DNA from: Abditibacterium sp.
Lineage (GTDB): Bacteria > Armatimonadota > Abditibacteriia > Abditibacteriales > Abditibacteriaceae
Assembly: GCA_965246885.1 (NCBI GenBank)
Contig: OZ251992.1
Coordinates: 1,600,001-1,664,000, forward strand
Direction of reading: 5' to 3'
DNA: 64,000 bases
Shown here: in pieces, positions 47,577-56,958 of the stretch
Layout of the letters: each line of letters begins with the position of its first letter
How positions within the stretch are numbered: the stretch's first letter is position 1
Notes under the pieces: generated by a model
Seen by the model: only the letters and a program-made list of their open reading frames with translations
Databases searched by the model: none
Told to the model about the DNA's origin: nothing
Translations under genes and position numbers: made by a program

Positions 47577-48172
47577 GGCGCGCTCGCTTCCAGTTTGGCG
47601 TTGGGTTCGATGGCATCGCTTGCGTCGAAGCCGTTGAGTTGGTCGGCGCCGATGGGCCGCTTCTCGACTTGCAGGGCGACCGGCTTGCCGCCTTGACTGG
47701 CGGAGTTCACGAGCGCATAAACCGCCAACTCCGTAGTTTTCTCCCCCTTCCCCGACCAAAAGGCGGCGGTGGCGAAGTTGCGGTTGAGGTTGATGGCGAT
47801 AGTCTTGCCGTCATCACGGACGTCCACGACCTGCGTTTTGGGCGGGAACCACGCGGGCGCCATGCGCACGACTTCCCCCAGCGCCGCCGTCGAGTTGCCG
47901 AACTTACGCTGAGCGTCGAGCGCCGCTTTCGAGACGGCACGCAGGTGGAGTTTGTCGTCGCTCCCCGGCACCCAGACGCTCGACAGCATCCCTGCGCCAC
48001 TCGCGGGCGTGCCACTGGCGGAGGGTAAAGCGGCGGAGTTGGCGGAGGCAGTGTTCGCGTCGGCGAGCGAATTACTTCCCGACGCTGCGGTGTTGCCACT
48101 ATTCGAGGGCGTGCACCCGCCCACGACGAGCGCGCCGATACCTAAGCTAAGGAAGAAAGCGAACGGTTTCAC
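47573..48172 (-). CDS. GerMN-domain lipoprotein
   Basis: Lipobox VGG-C; FPPKT.V..V...AINLNRNF...ELAVYALVNS; located between the amidase and murI. Confidence 0.75.
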   Translation of the reverse strand: MKPFAFFLSLGIGALVVGGCTPSNSGNTAASGSNSLADANTASANSAALPSASGTPASGAGMLSSVWVPGSDDKLHLRAVSKAALDAQRKFGNSTAALGEVVRMAPAWFPPKTQVVDVRDDGKTIAINLNRNFATAAFWSGKGEKTTELAVYALVNSASQGGKPVALQVEKRPIGADQLNGFDASDAIEPNAKLEASAP

Positions 48173-48181
48173 GGTAGGGGA

Positions 48182-49882
48182 TTAGCCGCTTGCGCCCTTG
48201 CGGTAGACGCGGGCGTACGAGTCCACGCCGCGCGCCACGCCATCGGCGACGCGCTGGCACCATTCCGGCGAGTTGAGCAAGCCTTCTTCGCGCCCATTGG
48301 TCACGAACGCGACTTCGAGCAGGACGGAAGGCATCCATGTTTTGCGGATAACGAAAAAGCGCGCTTGCGAAATGCCGCGATTGGGGCACCCCGTCACGGC
48401 GGCCAGTTCGCGATGGATCTCGTGCGCCAAGCCGACGGACTGCGCCGTGTAGTAAAAGGTCTCCGTGCCCGTCGAGGAGCGGTTGACCGAAGCGTTATTG
48501 TGGATGGAAATGAACAAATCGGCGCGGCGGGTGTTGGCAAAATCCACGCGGCCTTGCAGCGACACGAAGGTGTCGTTCGAGCGCGTGAGTTGCACATCGG
48601 CGCCGCGTGCGCGCAGATCGGCGGCGAGACGCTGAATCAAATCGAGTGTCCGGTTCTTCTCGTCCGTATAAGAGCCGTGCGCGCCGTGATCGTAGCCGCC
48701 ATGCCCCGCGTCGAGAACGATGGTCATGCCGCTTAGGGACGAGGGGACGGATAGTCCGGTCGGCCCACCGGGAACCGGGCCGCCGGGCGGACGTGCCACA
48801 ACGGGCGGCGTAATGACAAACGCGAACATCGTCGGGTCGCCGCTTTCGATGGCCGTTCCCGTCAAGTTCTTCTTGAGGTCGAGCGTGACGCGCGTGATGT
48901 CGGGGAACTTGGAGGGCATCCCGGCGCGCGCGCGCAACACGTCGCCTGACCCGCCCGAAACGACGCGCTCGCTTGTGGTGGCGAGGGCATCGAAGCCCAT
49001 CGAGTAGCCGGGGAAGTCAATGTAGAGCCGCGCGCTTCCATCGGCGCCGCGCATAGAGTTGAACTTGAGTCCGGCGGGAAGCGGCTTGCTGGTCTTGACC
49101 GTGATAGCAACGGTGTCGCGGAGCGGGAACACTTGTACCGACTCGACGGTTGGGGTGAGCGTGAGCACTCCTGCCGCGTCAAGGCGCGTCGCGGCGCCGA
49201 GCAGGGGGGCGATGGAAAAGACCGGCATGTAAATCTGCCCGCCCACGACAAGCGGCGCGGCGCGCAGCGTTTGCTCGTTGTGGTCTATCCACGCCTTGTT
49301 TTGCCCCATGCACAAGATGATGGGCGGCTGGCCGGAACGGTTGATTTGGAAGAAATCGTTCTGGATGGGCGCGTTCTGGTTGCCGGGGACGAGGCGCAAA
49401 TCGGCTTTGGTGACGCGAGCGCCCAGTAGCTCCATGTTCTCCACCAGAGGCGCGAGAACGTCCAAGTTGCCCACGCGCATCGGCGCGGCGTCGAGACGCA
49501 CTGGGCCGACTTGAATGGCGCGAATGGCGTCGAGGGGAACTTGGGTGCGGCCAAGGGCGGGCGGCGGTTGCGAGGGGTCTACGTTGGTCTGGTCGCTCGC
49601 GTTGGCATACGTTACGCCGGGAAGTTGCGGCGTTCCGGGCGGCGCGGCGCCGCCCGTCCAGTCTGACGCGGCGCCATTGCTTTTGACAACCGGCCCACCG
49701 ATGGGAGTTCCACCCAGCGGGTAGTCAGCGTGAATAGCGCCAAAAGGCGCGGGGTTAGAAAGCGCGGGACGGCTCGTCACGGGATGCGCGTCAGCGCTCA
49801 GCGTGCAACACAGCGCCAGCGCGGGCACAAGCAAAAGCAAAAGGCGTCCAGAAAGGCGGCGATGAAGTGGGCGACTGGGCAT
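48182..49882 (-). CDS. N-acetylmuramoyl-L-alanine amidase (Amidase_3) with Cu-amine-oxidase-N/AMIN-like domains
   Basis: IVLDAGHGG, EK, LTR..D.FVSL..R, FISIHNNA, GTETFY, PSVLLEVAF; N-terminal signal peptide. Confidence 0.92.
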   Translation of the reverse strand: MPSRPLHRRLSGRLLLLLVPALALCCTLSADAHPVTSRPALSNPAPFGAIHADYPLGGTPIGGPVVKSNGAASDWTGGAAPPGTPQLPGVTYANASDQTNVDPSQPPPALGRTQVPLDAIRAIQVGPVRLDAAPMRVGNLDVLAPLVENMELLGARVTKADLRLVPGNQNAPIQNDFFQINRSGQPPIILCMGQNKAWIDHNEQTLRAAPLVVGGQIYMPVFSIAPLLGAATRLDAAGVLTLTPTVESVQVFPLRDTVAITVKTSKPLPAGLKFNSMRGADGSARLYIDFPGYSMGFDALATTSERVVSGGSGDVLRARAGMPSKFPDITRVTLDLKKNLTGTAIESGDPTMFAFVITPPVVARPPGGPVPGGPTGLSVPSSLSGMTIVLDAGHGGYDHGAHGSYTDEKNRTLDLIQRLAADLRARGADVQLTRSNDTFVSLQGRVDFANTRRADLFISIHNNASVNRSSTGTETFYYTAQSVGLAHEIHRELAAVTGCPNRGISQARFFVIRKTWMPSVLLEVAFVTNGREEGLLNSPEWCQRVADGVARGVDSYARVYRKGASG

Positions 49883-49996
49883 AATGGAAGCAAAGCAAAC
49901 CGACGCGCGGCCCCCTTGCCGCGTAGAAATAGCGTTTATAGGGTAACGCACTTGCTCGAAAATGACCAATGCGGAGGCGAGCTACTCGGCGGTAGT

Positions 49997-50527
49997 CTAC
50001 TTTCCGTGCGTCATGACAAGCCAGCAGATTAGCCCAATGAAGGCCCCGCCGCCCGCCGCGAGAACAACCATATTTACGTTGAGAGGACGGGCGTGACCAA
50101 CGCCAGCGCCGTCGGGATGAAGAAGCGGCCTGTCATCGTGCAAAGCTGGTTCGGGCGCGGCAGCTTGGCCTTTCTCCAACTCCTCTTGCTTTTTGGCGCA
50201 CGAGGCGCAACGGAAGTAGCCGGGGTTTTCGTGCGCGTGAAACCAGCGCTCGCAGTCGGGGCAATGCCGCAGAAAGTGGTCGGGACACAAAGGTTTGGCT
50301 TCGATGACCGCCCCCGTTGCGGGGTCGTTGGTTTCAAAGGTGAGGTAGCGCTCGTCATCGAAGACCGGGAACGGGGAGCGCAGGTTGCGGCTACACACGA
50401 AGCAGGCGAAGGGGAACATGGCGCCGCAGTGGAGGCACTGCACGCGCCGCGAGTTCGAGCCAACTTCGCCGCCGCAATGACGGCAGTGCAATGTCGTGGA
50501 GGAAGAGGAAGTAATTGTTGCCGCCAT
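49997..50527 (-). CDS. Cys-rich multi-zinc-finger protein with C-terminal TM anchor
   Basis: CRHC, CLHC, CFVC, CPDH, CPDC and CASC pairs; hydrophobic C-terminus. Confidence 0.75.
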   Translation of the reverse strand: MAATITSSSSTTLHCRHCGGEVGSNSRRVQCLHCGAMFPFACFVCSRNLRSPFPVFDDERYLTFETNDPATGAVIEAKPLCPDHFLRHCPDCERWFHAHENPGYFRCASCAKKQEELEKGQAAAPEPALHDDRPLLHPDGAGVGHARPLNVNMVVLAAGGGAFIGLICWLVMTHGK

Positions 50528-50611
50528 ATCCGGTAATGCCCGTTAGAAAACAAAATTTGTGACGCGCCAGTCGGCGCGCGGTGCGTTAAATTGATGCCCC
50601 TAAAGCTATTT

Positions 50612-51415
50612 TTAACCTTGCGCTGCCCGCACGATGGCGGCGAAGGAGTCGGCTTTAAGACTGGCGCCGCCAACCAAAGCGCCATCTATATGCGGCAGAG
50701 AGAGCAATTCGTGGGCGTTATCGGGTTTGACCGAGCCACCGTATTGAATCCGCACCGCCGCGCCTTCGCCCGCGCCAAAGTCGGAAGCGACCGTCGCGCG
50801 GATGACTCCGCACACCCGGTTCGCTTCTTCGCTGGCACAAACTTCGCCGGTGCCAATGGCCCACACCGGCTCGTAAGCGAACACGACGCGCCCGACCTGC
50901 TGCTCGGAGACCCCGCTTAAAGCTAACACGACTTGTCTCCTAACAGTAGCATCGGTCTGGCCATTCTTGCGTTCTTCGGATGTTTCTCCTACACATACGA
51001 TCGGGGTAATCCCTGAATCGAGCGCGGCGCGCAGTTTGAGGTTCACCGAGGCGTCCGATTCGCCGAAGACGCCGCCTGCTTCGCCTTCCAAGTCGGGTTC
51101 GGGCACGCCAAAACGCCCGCGCCGTTCGGAGTGGCCAATAAGCACCAAGCGCGCGCCCGCCTCTTCCAACAGCGGAAGCGAAACTTCGCCCGTGTAAGCG
51201 CCCGACGCGCGCCAGTAAAAGTCCTGCCCACCGACTTCAACAGCGCTGCCGCGCAGCGAATCGCTGAGGGCGCTGATGGCCGTAAAGGGCGGGAAGAGGC
51301 CCATCTGGACGCCTCGGATGTCCGATACCAACGGCAAAAATTCGGTGGCAAAGGCGCGTGCCTCACCAATGGTTTTGTTCAGTTTCCAGTTGCCCGCGAT
51401 GAAAGGAGTGCGCAT
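50612..51415 (-). CDS. tpiA: Triosephosphate isomerase
   Basis: AGNWK, GAYTGEVS, IGHSERR, AYEPVWAIGTG, YGGSV, DGALVGGASL. Confidence 0.98.
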   Translation of the reverse strand: MRTPFIAGNWKLNKTIGEARAFATEFLPLVSDIRGVQMGLFPPFTAISALSDSLRGSAVEVGGQDFYWRASGAYTGEVSLPLLEEAGARLVLIGHSERRGRFGVPEPDLEGEAGGVFGESDASVNLKLRAALDSGITPIVCVGETSEERKNGQTDATVRRQVVLALSGVSEQQVGRVVFAYEPVWAIGTGEVCASEEANRVCGVIRATVASDFGAGEGAAVRIQYGGSVKPDNAHELLSLPHIDGALVGGASLKADSFAAIVRAAQG

Positions 51416-51420
51416 AAAAT

Positions 51421-51462
51421 AGGAGAAGGCGGCCCCTTTCCAAAAGAAGCCGCCTTTTTCCT
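51421..51462. terminator. Imperfect hairpin between yccA and tpiA
   Basis: aggagaaggcggc...gccgcctttttcct, ending about 5 nt upstream of the tpiA ATG. Confidence 0.45.
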
Positions 51463-51502
51463 TACCACAAACCGCGTGGGTTTGGTAGTTATCGCTCCGC
51501 GT

Positions 51503-52228
51503 TTAGCGGCGCGAGCCGCTCAAAATCCGCAAAATGGCCATGAACATGTTGAAGAAATCGAGGAACAGCGAGAGCGCCGCCGAGCAATACGCGCCCGTGT
51601 CGTAGCGGCGCATGATGTTGGAGGTGTCGTAAAGGACGTAGCCCGAAAAAATCAGCAACGTGAACCACGCCATCACGTAGGAGGTGAGAGGCGAGTGGAA
51701 GATGAACGCGTTGGCCAAGCCGCCCAACACGAGGCCGACGACGCCGACGAACAAAATGCCGCTCAAGAAGGAAAAATCTTTCTTGGACGTTAAGGCGTAA
51801 GCGGTTAGGGAGCCGAACGTGATAACTGAGAGGACGCTGGCTTGGGTGAGGATGCCGGGTTGCGAGAACTCGTAAGCGGCCAAAAGTGGCGTGAACAGCC
51901 AGCCAAGTAGAGCAGTGAAGCCAAACAGGGCAAAGTAGTTGACGCCTTCAATGCGCGAGACGGCCTGCGCGCCAACCGACGCGCCGATGATAAGGATGAA
52001 CGCCAAAAGCGGCATTCGCAAGACGGCGAGCGAGGCACCGAGCAGGGCGGTCGAGTGCAGCGTCGCAACGCCCGCGAGCAAGCAACACAAAATGCCCGCG
52101 AGGAACAGGACGTAGGTTTTGCGGATGAAAGCGAGGCGAGCCTCGACGGGGGAATCGGCAACCGACACGGGCGCCGACGAGTAACCAAATGGGTTCGATT
52201 GGTTGAGCGGTTGATTGGGACTTTGCAT
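51503..52228 (-). CDS. Bax inhibitor-1/YccA family membrane protein
   Basis: RLAFIRKTY, about 7 TM segments, KKDFSFL, YVLYDTSNI, AALSLFLDFFNMF. Confidence 0.92.
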   Translation of the reverse strand: MQSPNQPLNQSNPFGYSSAPVSVADSPVEARLAFIRKTYVLFLAGILCCLLAGVATLHSTALLGASLAVLRMPLLAFILIIGASVGAQAVSRIEGVNYFALFGFTALLGWLFTPLLAAYEFSQPGILTQASVLSVITFGSLTAYALTSKKDFSFLSGILFVGVVGLVLGGLANAFIFHSPLTSYVMAWFTLLIFSGYVLYDTSNIMRRYDTGAYCSAALSLFLDFFNMFMAILRILSGSRR

Positions 52229-52328
52229 AGTGGGCGCCGATTCTCCTTGCAACTTCGGCACCGAAAGACACAGACGCACAACTCGGCGACCGGGTGCAAG
52301 GAAGCGTTGGCGCGCTTCTGTTTCCCGT

Positions 52329-52454
52329 CGGCGCATGTCTGTCAGTTATTCCCGCATGCACGCCGATGACTCCCGCATGCATGCCGATGACTCACGCGAG
52401 CGCGTGAGTCATCGGCGCGACCCGGTGGAAGAGCGGCGCGGGCCGGTCATTCCC
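52329..52454. repeat. Degenerate 21-bp-period array (about 6 units) containing a hairpin with 16-bp arms
   Basis: tcccgcatgcaYgccgatgac at 52350 and 52371; in-phase cgc-containing units at 52329, 52392, 52413 and 52434; gccgatgactcacgcg-ag-cgcgtgagtcatcggc at 52383-52416. Confidence 0.75.
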
Positions 52455-52463
52455 CGCCATGAC

Positions 52464-53681
52464 CTAACTTGCTTTGTCGTCCAGCACGGCGACACCGGGC
52501 AGTTCGCCGCCTTCCAGAAACTCCAGACTCGCGCCGCCTCCGGTCGAAACGTGGCTCATGCGGTTGTCCAAATCCATCCCCTTGACCGCCGCCGCGCTGT
52601 CGCCGCCGCCGATTATGGTCAGAGCGCCTTTGTCAGTGGCACGGGCGACGGCTTTGGCGACCTCTAACGTGCCGCGCGCGAAGGGCGCCACTTCAAAGCG
52701 GCCCATCGGCCCATTCCACAAGACGGTTTTGGCCTGCTCGATAATGGCGGTGTAGTTGGCGGTGGTTTCCGGCCCGATGTCCATGCCCATCATGTTGAGC
52801 GGAATCATGCCTGCCGGGACGTGCTCGACGTGCGCGTCCGCCGCGTCCTTGTCGGCGACCAGAAAGTCGGACGGCAAGCGGAAGTCATAGCCCTTTTCTT
52901 TGGCAAGGGCAATCAGTTCCCCGGCAATGGGCGCGTCTTCCTCTTTGAAATAGCTCGTCCCGACGGGGCGACTTTGGGCGCGCTCGAACGCGTAGGCCAT
53001 CGCGCCGCCCACCAAAAGCGTGTCCACTTTGGGAAGCAAGTTGCGGATGACGCCGATTTTGTCCGAAACTTTCACGCCGCCCAAAATCGCCACAAACGGG
53101 CGCTCCGGGTTGTGCAGCAGTTGCCCCAAGAACTCCAACTCGCGCGCCATCAGTAACCCCGCGACGCAGGGGTGGCCGTCGCGTTTGAGGACGCGGGCGA
53201 CGCCTTCGGTTGAAGCGTGCGCGCGGTGAGCCGCGCCAAACGCGTCGTTGACATACACGTCGTAATTCGGTTCGGCGAGGGCTTGGGCAAAGAGTGGGTC
53301 GTTCGCTTCTTCGCCGGGATAAAAGCGGGTGTTTTCGAGCAGAAGTATTTGCCCCGGCACAAGCGAGCGCACCATCGCCGTCGCTTCGAGGCCAACGGCT
53401 TGCGTGGCGTAGTGGACATCGCGCTTCATCAAATCTTGCAGGTAAGTGGCGATAGGCTTGAGGCGCAGCGATTCGACGACCTGCCCTTTGGGACGCCCGA
53501 AGTGCGACGCCAGTACGACGCTGGCACCCGCGTCGAGCAAGTATTGGATGGTGGGGAGGGTTTCGCGGATGCGGGCATCGTCGCTGATCTTCCCGGTTGT
53601 CTCGTCCAACGGCACGTTGTAATCCACGCGCACAAGGCAACGCTTGCCGTGCAAATCAATGTCTTTGATGGTCTTTTTCAT
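52464..53681 (-). CDS. pgk: Phosphoglycerate kinase
   Basis: RVDYNVP, SHFGRP, LLENTRF, NDAFGAAHRAHAS, WNGPMG, GGGDS, STGGGASLE. Confidence 0.98.
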   Translation of the reverse strand: MKKTIKDIDLHGKRCLVRVDYNVPLDETTGKISDDARIRETLPTIQYLLDAGASVVLASHFGRPKGQVVESLRLKPIATYLQDLMKRDVHYATQAVGLEATAMVRSLVPGQILLLENTRFYPGEEANDPLFAQALAEPNYDVYVNDAFGAAHRAHASTEGVARVLKRDGHPCVAGLLMARELEFLGQLLHNPERPFVAILGGVKVSDKIGVIRNLLPKVDTLLVGGAMAYAFERAQSRPVGTSYFKEEDAPIAGELIALAKEKGYDFRLPSDFLVADKDAADAHVEHVPAGMIPLNMMGMDIGPETTANYTAIIEQAKTVLWNGPMGRFEVAPFARGTLEVAKAVARATDKGALTIIGGGDSAAAVKGMDLDNRMSHVSTGGGASLEFLEGGELPGVAVLDDKAS

Positions 53682-53772
53682 AGTTCCAAGCGCCCAAAGG
53701 ATACCGGCGACGCCGCCCCTACTCGCAAATGCGCGCCCAAACTTCGGGTCTTCTTACACTTCAAGCCAGCCG

Positions 53773-54192
53773 ATGCCTATGCCCCGTTCCAGCACCTTCT
53801 TCCTGCTGAGCGCCGCGCTCTCCTTGTTGTCAGTTGCCGCACGCGCCCACCCGCACACGCCGCGCAAAGGCTCGCCCGAACGCGCCGCGATTATGAGCGC
53901 TCTGCACCGTGCCTTGGGAAGCGGCAAACATACGCCGCGCGTGACGACGGATACCTTCAACGTCGAACGCGGCTGGGCGTACGTGACGGGCGGCTTCGAT
54001 TACGCCGACGGCGCCCCGCTCGAAGAGGAGTTCCGCGAAGGCCCCGGCTCCAGCTTTGATGCCCTGTTGCACCGCGAAGGCAAGAGTTGGCGCGTCAAGC
54101 GCCGCGTCTATGCGGGCGATGTCGAGGAACCCGAATTCATGCGCGACTTCCCCCAAGCGCCCCGCTCGATTTTCAAGGGGAAAGCGAATTAA
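53773..54192 (+). CDS. Small secreted hypothetical protein
   Basis: Signal peptide ending ARA; TP.KGS.ERAAIM.ALH...GWAY...ALLHR...W...FPQAP..IF. Confidence 0.65.
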   Translation: MPMPRSSTFFLLSAALSLLSVAARAHPHTPRKGSPERAAIMSALHRALGSGKHTPRVTTDTFNVERGWAYVTGGFDYADGAPLEEEFREGPGSSFDALLHREGKSWRVKRRVYAGDVEEPEFMRDFPQAPRSIFKGKAN

Positions 54193-55457
54193 ACCTCCAC
54201 TTCGGGCACGCGCGGCAACCGCAACAAGCGCCCGTTTTCGAGCCAGAGGAGCAGCGCGCCCCACAATCCGGCGCCCCACAAGCGCGCGACTGTCGGCGCG
54301 AGCGATAGGACGAGGGCGCCCGTTATCACCACGAACAGCGTGTAGGCCCACCGGTTCGTCGCGCGCTTTGCCCACAACGCGCGCGCTTGCCAGACGAGTG
54401 GCACAAAGGCCGCGAAAGCGTAAACTGCGTAGCGCGATTTCGCGCCGGGGAGGACGAGGAACAGCGCCGCACTCCATAGCCCCAGCGACAGAAGCAACGC
54501 GCGCGCCTCATCTTCCCGTCCGTCGCGCCGCCACAGCCAGAAGACAAGCGTGGCAAGCAAGATGAGCGCGCGCAAGGGGTTGACGAAACGCAGCACGGTT
54601 GCGGGCGCAAGGCGCAGATGCGGTGGGGCGCCACGCGGTTCAGGCAAATCGGCCAAAAAGCGCAGCATCACGGCGTCCATGCCGTGATTGGAAGTCGAAA
54701 CCACGCTTTGGGATTCCGACAAACGGCCTGAGGGCGACAGCACGATGTTGTGCCAGAACGCGCTTTGTAAGGTGGCGGTGCGCGCCCCGTAGAACAGCGT
54801 CGGCACCCCCCATGTCCACAGCGCAAAGCACGCGGCGAAGACCAGCACAAAGCGCGGCCACTTCTTGAAGGGTAAGGCGCAAAGCGGCACCAGCAAGAGC
54901 AGCGCCGGATACAGCTTGATGGCCGCCGGAAGCGCCAAGACAAGCGCCGCCGCATCCAGTCGCTTCGCCAGTCCTGCCCATAGAGCAAGCAACCAGCACA
55001 CGGCGAAAAGCAGGCTGTATTGTCCCACTTGCAGCGAAGTTGCGCCCATAAGGAGCAGCAGTCCCGCCAAAATCTCGAAGGGCGCGGTGCCTGCCTCGCG
55101 GGGCGAAACGTGACGCAAAATCGCCCGTAATGCAACGGCCCCCACTCCGGCAAAGACGAAGTTCTCCCCGACCCATATCAAGCTCGCCGCGCGGAAGGAC
55201 AGGCCAGCAGTGGGCGCGAACCACATCATCCCGGCAGGCGGGATACAGCGATACCAGTGCGTGACCGCATCGTGTCCGCCATACATCTCGCCGCCTGCGC
55301 CGTTCCGCAACAGCACCGCCGTGCGCAGAAACACCCCCAAGTCGCTACTCCCACCCGCGCCGCGCCCCAGCGCTGAAACGCCTTCGGCCACCAAGACAAC
55401 GGCGCCCAGCCACAGCCACAAGCGCGACCACGAAACGCGCGAGAAGAAGGAGGTCAT
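54189..55457 (-). CDS. GT87/DUF2029-like integral membrane glycosyltransferase (GT-C fold)
   Basis: SDLGVF, YRCIPP, GQYSL and AIKLYP motifs; about 10 TM segments. Confidence 0.7.
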   Translation of the reverse strand: MTSFFSRVSWSRLWLWLGAVVLVAEGVSALGRGAGGSSDLGVFLRTAVLLRNGAGGEMYGGHDAVTHWYRCIPPAGMMWFAPTAGLSFRAASLIWVGENFVFAGVGAVALRAILRHVSPREAGTAPFEILAGLLLLMGATSLQVGQYSLLFAVCWLLALWAGLAKRLDAAALVLALPAAIKLYPALLLLVPLCALPFKKWPRFVLVFAACFALWTWGVPTLFYGARTATLQSAFWHNIVLSPSGRLSESQSVVSTSNHGMDAVMLRFLADLPEPRGAPPHLRLAPATVLRFVNPLRALILLATLVFWLWRRDGREDEARALLLSLGLWSAALFLVLPGAKSRYAVYAFAAFVPLVWQARALWAKRATNRWAYTLFVVITGALVLSLAPTVARLWGAGLWGALLLWLENGRLLRLPRVPEVEV

Positions 55458-55487
55458 GGGAATTGGGATGGGCGCCGCTCGGCCCCC

Positions 55488-56525
55488 TCACCCCGCTACC
55501 GGCGTTTTGGCGCGTAGCTCCTGCCACACCAACTCTGGCGCGATGCTGGCCATGCACGGCGGCGCGTCGCTACTTCCCATCGGCAGCAGGCGGCAGGTGC
55601 GGCCATGACACGGCACGCACGGAAGCGGAACTTGCGGCCCCAAATTGCGCGCGTGGTCGCCGATTAGCCCCAACCTCTCCGGCGAAGTCGGGCCGTAGAG
55701 CGCGACAGTTGGCGTTTCCAAGGCGCCGGACAGATGCGAGAAGCCCGTATCCAGCCCAACCACGCCGCTTGCTTCGACGAGCTTTTCGGCGACTTCGCGG
55801 ATGGACAACCGCGAGGGCGAGCGCGTCACTTGCGGGTGCACGGCGATGACCGCATCCGCAAGAGCGCGCTCACTCTCGCTTCCCCAGATGAGTTCGACTT
55901 CGTGCCCCTCGGCCAGAGCCAAGCCCGCGAGCGTCTTCCAATGGTGCGTCGCCCACATCTTCGATTTCCACGTCGTGCCCACGATGAAGACGACTTTGTT
56001 CGCCTCCCGTTCGACGCCCTCGAAGTGGTGGTTGACGCCAAAGGAGAGCTTATCGTCGGCGAGCGAGTAGCCAAAAACGGACGCGAACAGTTCGCGCAGT
56101 TGCTCGACGGCGTGCGCGCCCTTGCTCGCAGGATGGCGGACGTTGTAGAAACGGCTGTTGAGCCTGCGCCTCACCGAGTCGCGGTCGAAGCCATGAACGG
56201 CGCCCTTGCGCGCTAAACCCGCGACGACCACGCTTTTGAAAATGCCCTGCGCGTCTATCACCAAGTCGTATTTCGTGCGCCGCAAGCCCCGCACCCACCC
56301 GACGGCTTCGCGCAAACCCCGCAGACTTTTGTCCTTGACCCAGCGCCGCGCGCCGATGGGAATGACGCGCGCCACGCCGGGGTGCCACGAGGCGATTTCG
56401 GCGAAGTTTTCCTCGACGACCCAATGGATATTGACTTCCGGGTGGCGCCGCTTGAGGTCGGTGATGGCGGGGTAAGAATGAAAGATGTCGCCCATCGAGG
56501 ACATCTTAATCAGTAAAACGTTCAT
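55488..56525 (-). CDS. waaC: GT9 LPS heptosyltransferase I-like
   Basis: LIKMSSMGDIFH, WVVEE.F, YDLVIDAQG..KS, K.W, GLDTGFSHL, ALYGPT. Confidence 0.85.
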   Translation of the reverse strand: MNVLLIKMSSMGDIFHSYPAITDLKRRHPEVNIHWVVEENFAEIASWHPGVARVIPIGARRWVKDKSLRGLREAVGWVRGLRRTKYDLVIDAQGIFKSVVVAGLARKGAVHGFDRDSVRRRLNSRFYNVRHPASKGAHAVEQLRELFASVFGYSLADDKLSFGVNHHFEGVEREANKVVFIVGTTWKSKMWATHHWKTLAGLALAEGHEVELIWGSESERALADAVIAVHPQVTRSPSRLSIREVAEKLVEASGVVGLDTGFSHLSGALETPTVALYGPTSPERLGLIGDHARNLGPQVPLPCVPCHGRTCRLLPMGSSDAPPCMASIAPELVWQELRAKTPVAG

Positions 56526-56536
56526 CGGGAGGGGGG

Positions 56537-56935
56537 CTACGGGCCGTACTCCTGATAAGATTTCTCCTCCACAAGCGCCGAGCCAAAGTGGGTGTTGATG
56601 CGCTTTTTGATGGCCGCGCGCTCGTCGTTGACGTGATACACGGCGCGCGCCAAGGCGATAAATTCGGCGCTGAACTGTTCGCGCCGCTCGCAGTCGCGGA
56701 TGTCGTCCTCGATTGTCCACAGTTTCTCGTTGACCGCGCGCAGTTCCTCCTTCATCGGCGCCAATTCACCCATCTGCGCCGCGTTTAAGGCGCCCGCCAA
56801 CACGCGGCTCAGGGCGTCCAACTCGCGCCGGACGTTGCTGAGCTTGGCGGCATCGGCGATGTTCTCCGTTTTGATTTCCAAAATTGTAATCTTGTCTACC
56901 AACTCGCCAAGAGAAATGGGCGCGTGAAAAGTCAC
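56537..56935 (-). CDS. DUF6165-like protein
   Basis: PISLGELVDKITILEIK, LWTIEDDIR, FIALARAVY..ND.R..IK..IN...GS...EEKSY. GTG start at 56935 or 56941. Confidence 0.8.
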   Translation of the reverse strand: MTFHAPISLGELVDKITILEIKTENIADAAKLSNVRRELDALSRVLAGALNAAQMGELAPMKEELRAVNEKLWTIEDDIRDCERREQFSAEFIALARAVYHVNDERAAIKKRINTHFGSALVEEKSYQEYGP

Positions 56936-56958
56936 ACCCACAATTTACCGTAAGAACC

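Noticed and set aside
46177..49882. Missing rph between murI and rdgB as a novelty
   Set aside because: Direct murI-rdgB adjacency is common and not informative.
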